Assembly: GCF_036971445.1 (NCBI RefSeq)
Contig: NC_091473.1
Location: 207,514,001 to 207,578,000 of the forward strand
Direction of reading: 5' to 3'
DNA from: Narcine bancroftii
Taxonomy: Eukaryota
Length of the DNA stretch: 64,000 bases
Shown: positions 63,133 through 64,000 of the stretch, piece after piece
Layout of the letters: every line of letters starts with the position of its first letter
Numbering within the stretch: position 1 is the first letter of the stretch
The notes under the pieces: generated by a model
Seen by the model: the letters and a program-made list of their open reading frames with translations, nothing else
What the model was told of the DNA's origin: nothing
Databases searched by the model: none
Program-made: the position numbers and the translations under genes

Positions 63133-63779
63133 GATGAATTTTCAAGGGACAAACTGAGAAACGGCATACATGGTAAATAATAGGGCACTGAAGAGTGCGA
63201 TTGAACAGAGGGATCTGGGAATACAGATACATAATTTTCTGAAAGTGTGTCACACGTGGAAAAAGGTTGCAAAGAGAGCTTTTGTCATATTGGCCTTTAT
63301 AAATCTAAGTATTGAGTATAGGAGTTGGGATGTCATGTTCTAGTTGTATTGAGATTGGTGAGGCCAAATTTGAAGTACTATGTTTGCAGTTTTGGTCACC
63401 GAACGACAGGAAAGATATCAATACATTTGAAAAAGTGCAGAGAAGATTTACTTGGATGTTAACATGACCAGGAACTGAGTTACAGGGCAAGGTTAAAGAG
63501 GTTAGGAATTTATTCCCTGGAGCAGAGAAGAATGAGATGAGATTTGATCGAGGTATTTAAAATTATGAGGTTTATAGTTAATGTAAATAGGCTTTTTTGA
63601 ACTGAGGGTAGGTTAGATACAAACCAGAGGAAATAGGTTAAGTGTCAATGGGGAAAAGTTTAGGGGAAAACATGAGGGGGAACTTCTTCACACAGAGAGT
63701 GGTGGGAGTGTGGATCGAGCATCCTGCTGAAGTGAAAATGTGGGCTCGTTTTTAACATTTAAGAAGAATTTGGACAGGT

Positions 63780-63941
63780 TGAAACAGATTGCGATTACCA
63801 GAAGGAAGCAGCTTTGAATACGTGATTACAGACACAATGGTAATTAAAAGATTTATAAGAAACATGTACATTGAGCTGCAAGATAAGGAAATTGATGAAA
63901 TAAGCTATAAACCTAAACAAAAGTGGGAAAAGGATTTAAAT
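63780..63941 (+). mobile_element. Short L1 ORF2 fragment related to copies A/B
   Basis: LPEGSSFEYVITDTMVIKRFIRNMYIELQ matches LPEGSNLEYVITDTMLIKRF. Confidence 0.8.
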
Positions 63942-64000
63942 ATTGTGATAGAAACCGCACGTTGGTCAGTCAGCAGCGTAAAGCGCCTGCAGTGAGATAG

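Larger units (their letters stand above)
60610..63778 (+). mobile_element. Degraded CR1 LINE (EN to RT) carrying a solo LTR and a SINE
   Basis: GGGALLIKEN, GDFN, WRKTNFEEMRKDL, KAFYKVPH, QRDLDQLKWAEKWQMEFN. Confidence 0.85.

Noticed and set aside
1-64000. CRISPR arrays, rRNA, tRNA genes or prokaryotic systems
   Set aside because: None seen; sequence is eukaryotic, and tRNA-like boxes belong to SINEs.

Overview
Vertebrate genomic DNA, almost certainly a cartilaginous fish (probably a ray/skate, judged from the immunoglobulin type and the V-SINE/CR1/Penelope repeat content). The only host gene is the 3' part of an IgW (IgD-related) heavy-chain constant region on the minus strand. It comprises a Cys-rich short secretory exon (35991-36118), then, after a ~20.6 kb intron filled with retroelements, exons Cw3-Cw4-Cw5-Cw6+tailpiece (15356-11998). 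A second, diverged Cw3'-Cw4'-Cw5' block (4992-3297) lies downstream of the tailpiece and poly(A) signal. The long-form exons carry nonsense, splice-donor and frameshift lesions, while the short secretory exon is intact. No V, D, J, Cw1, Cw2 or transmembrane exon could be found. Most of the rest is nested retroelements: a class III-like endogenous retrovirus with an env remnant and a related solo LTR, two near-identical full-length L1s in opposite orientation, three other L1s, two RTE (AviRTE/BovB-like) copies, several CR1s, two Gypsy relics, Rex1/Babar and Penelope fragments, and V-SINEs. There is one 145-N assembly gap inside an LTR. Domain numbering assumes the six-domain IgW long form. Family assignments come from motif recognition, not database searches.
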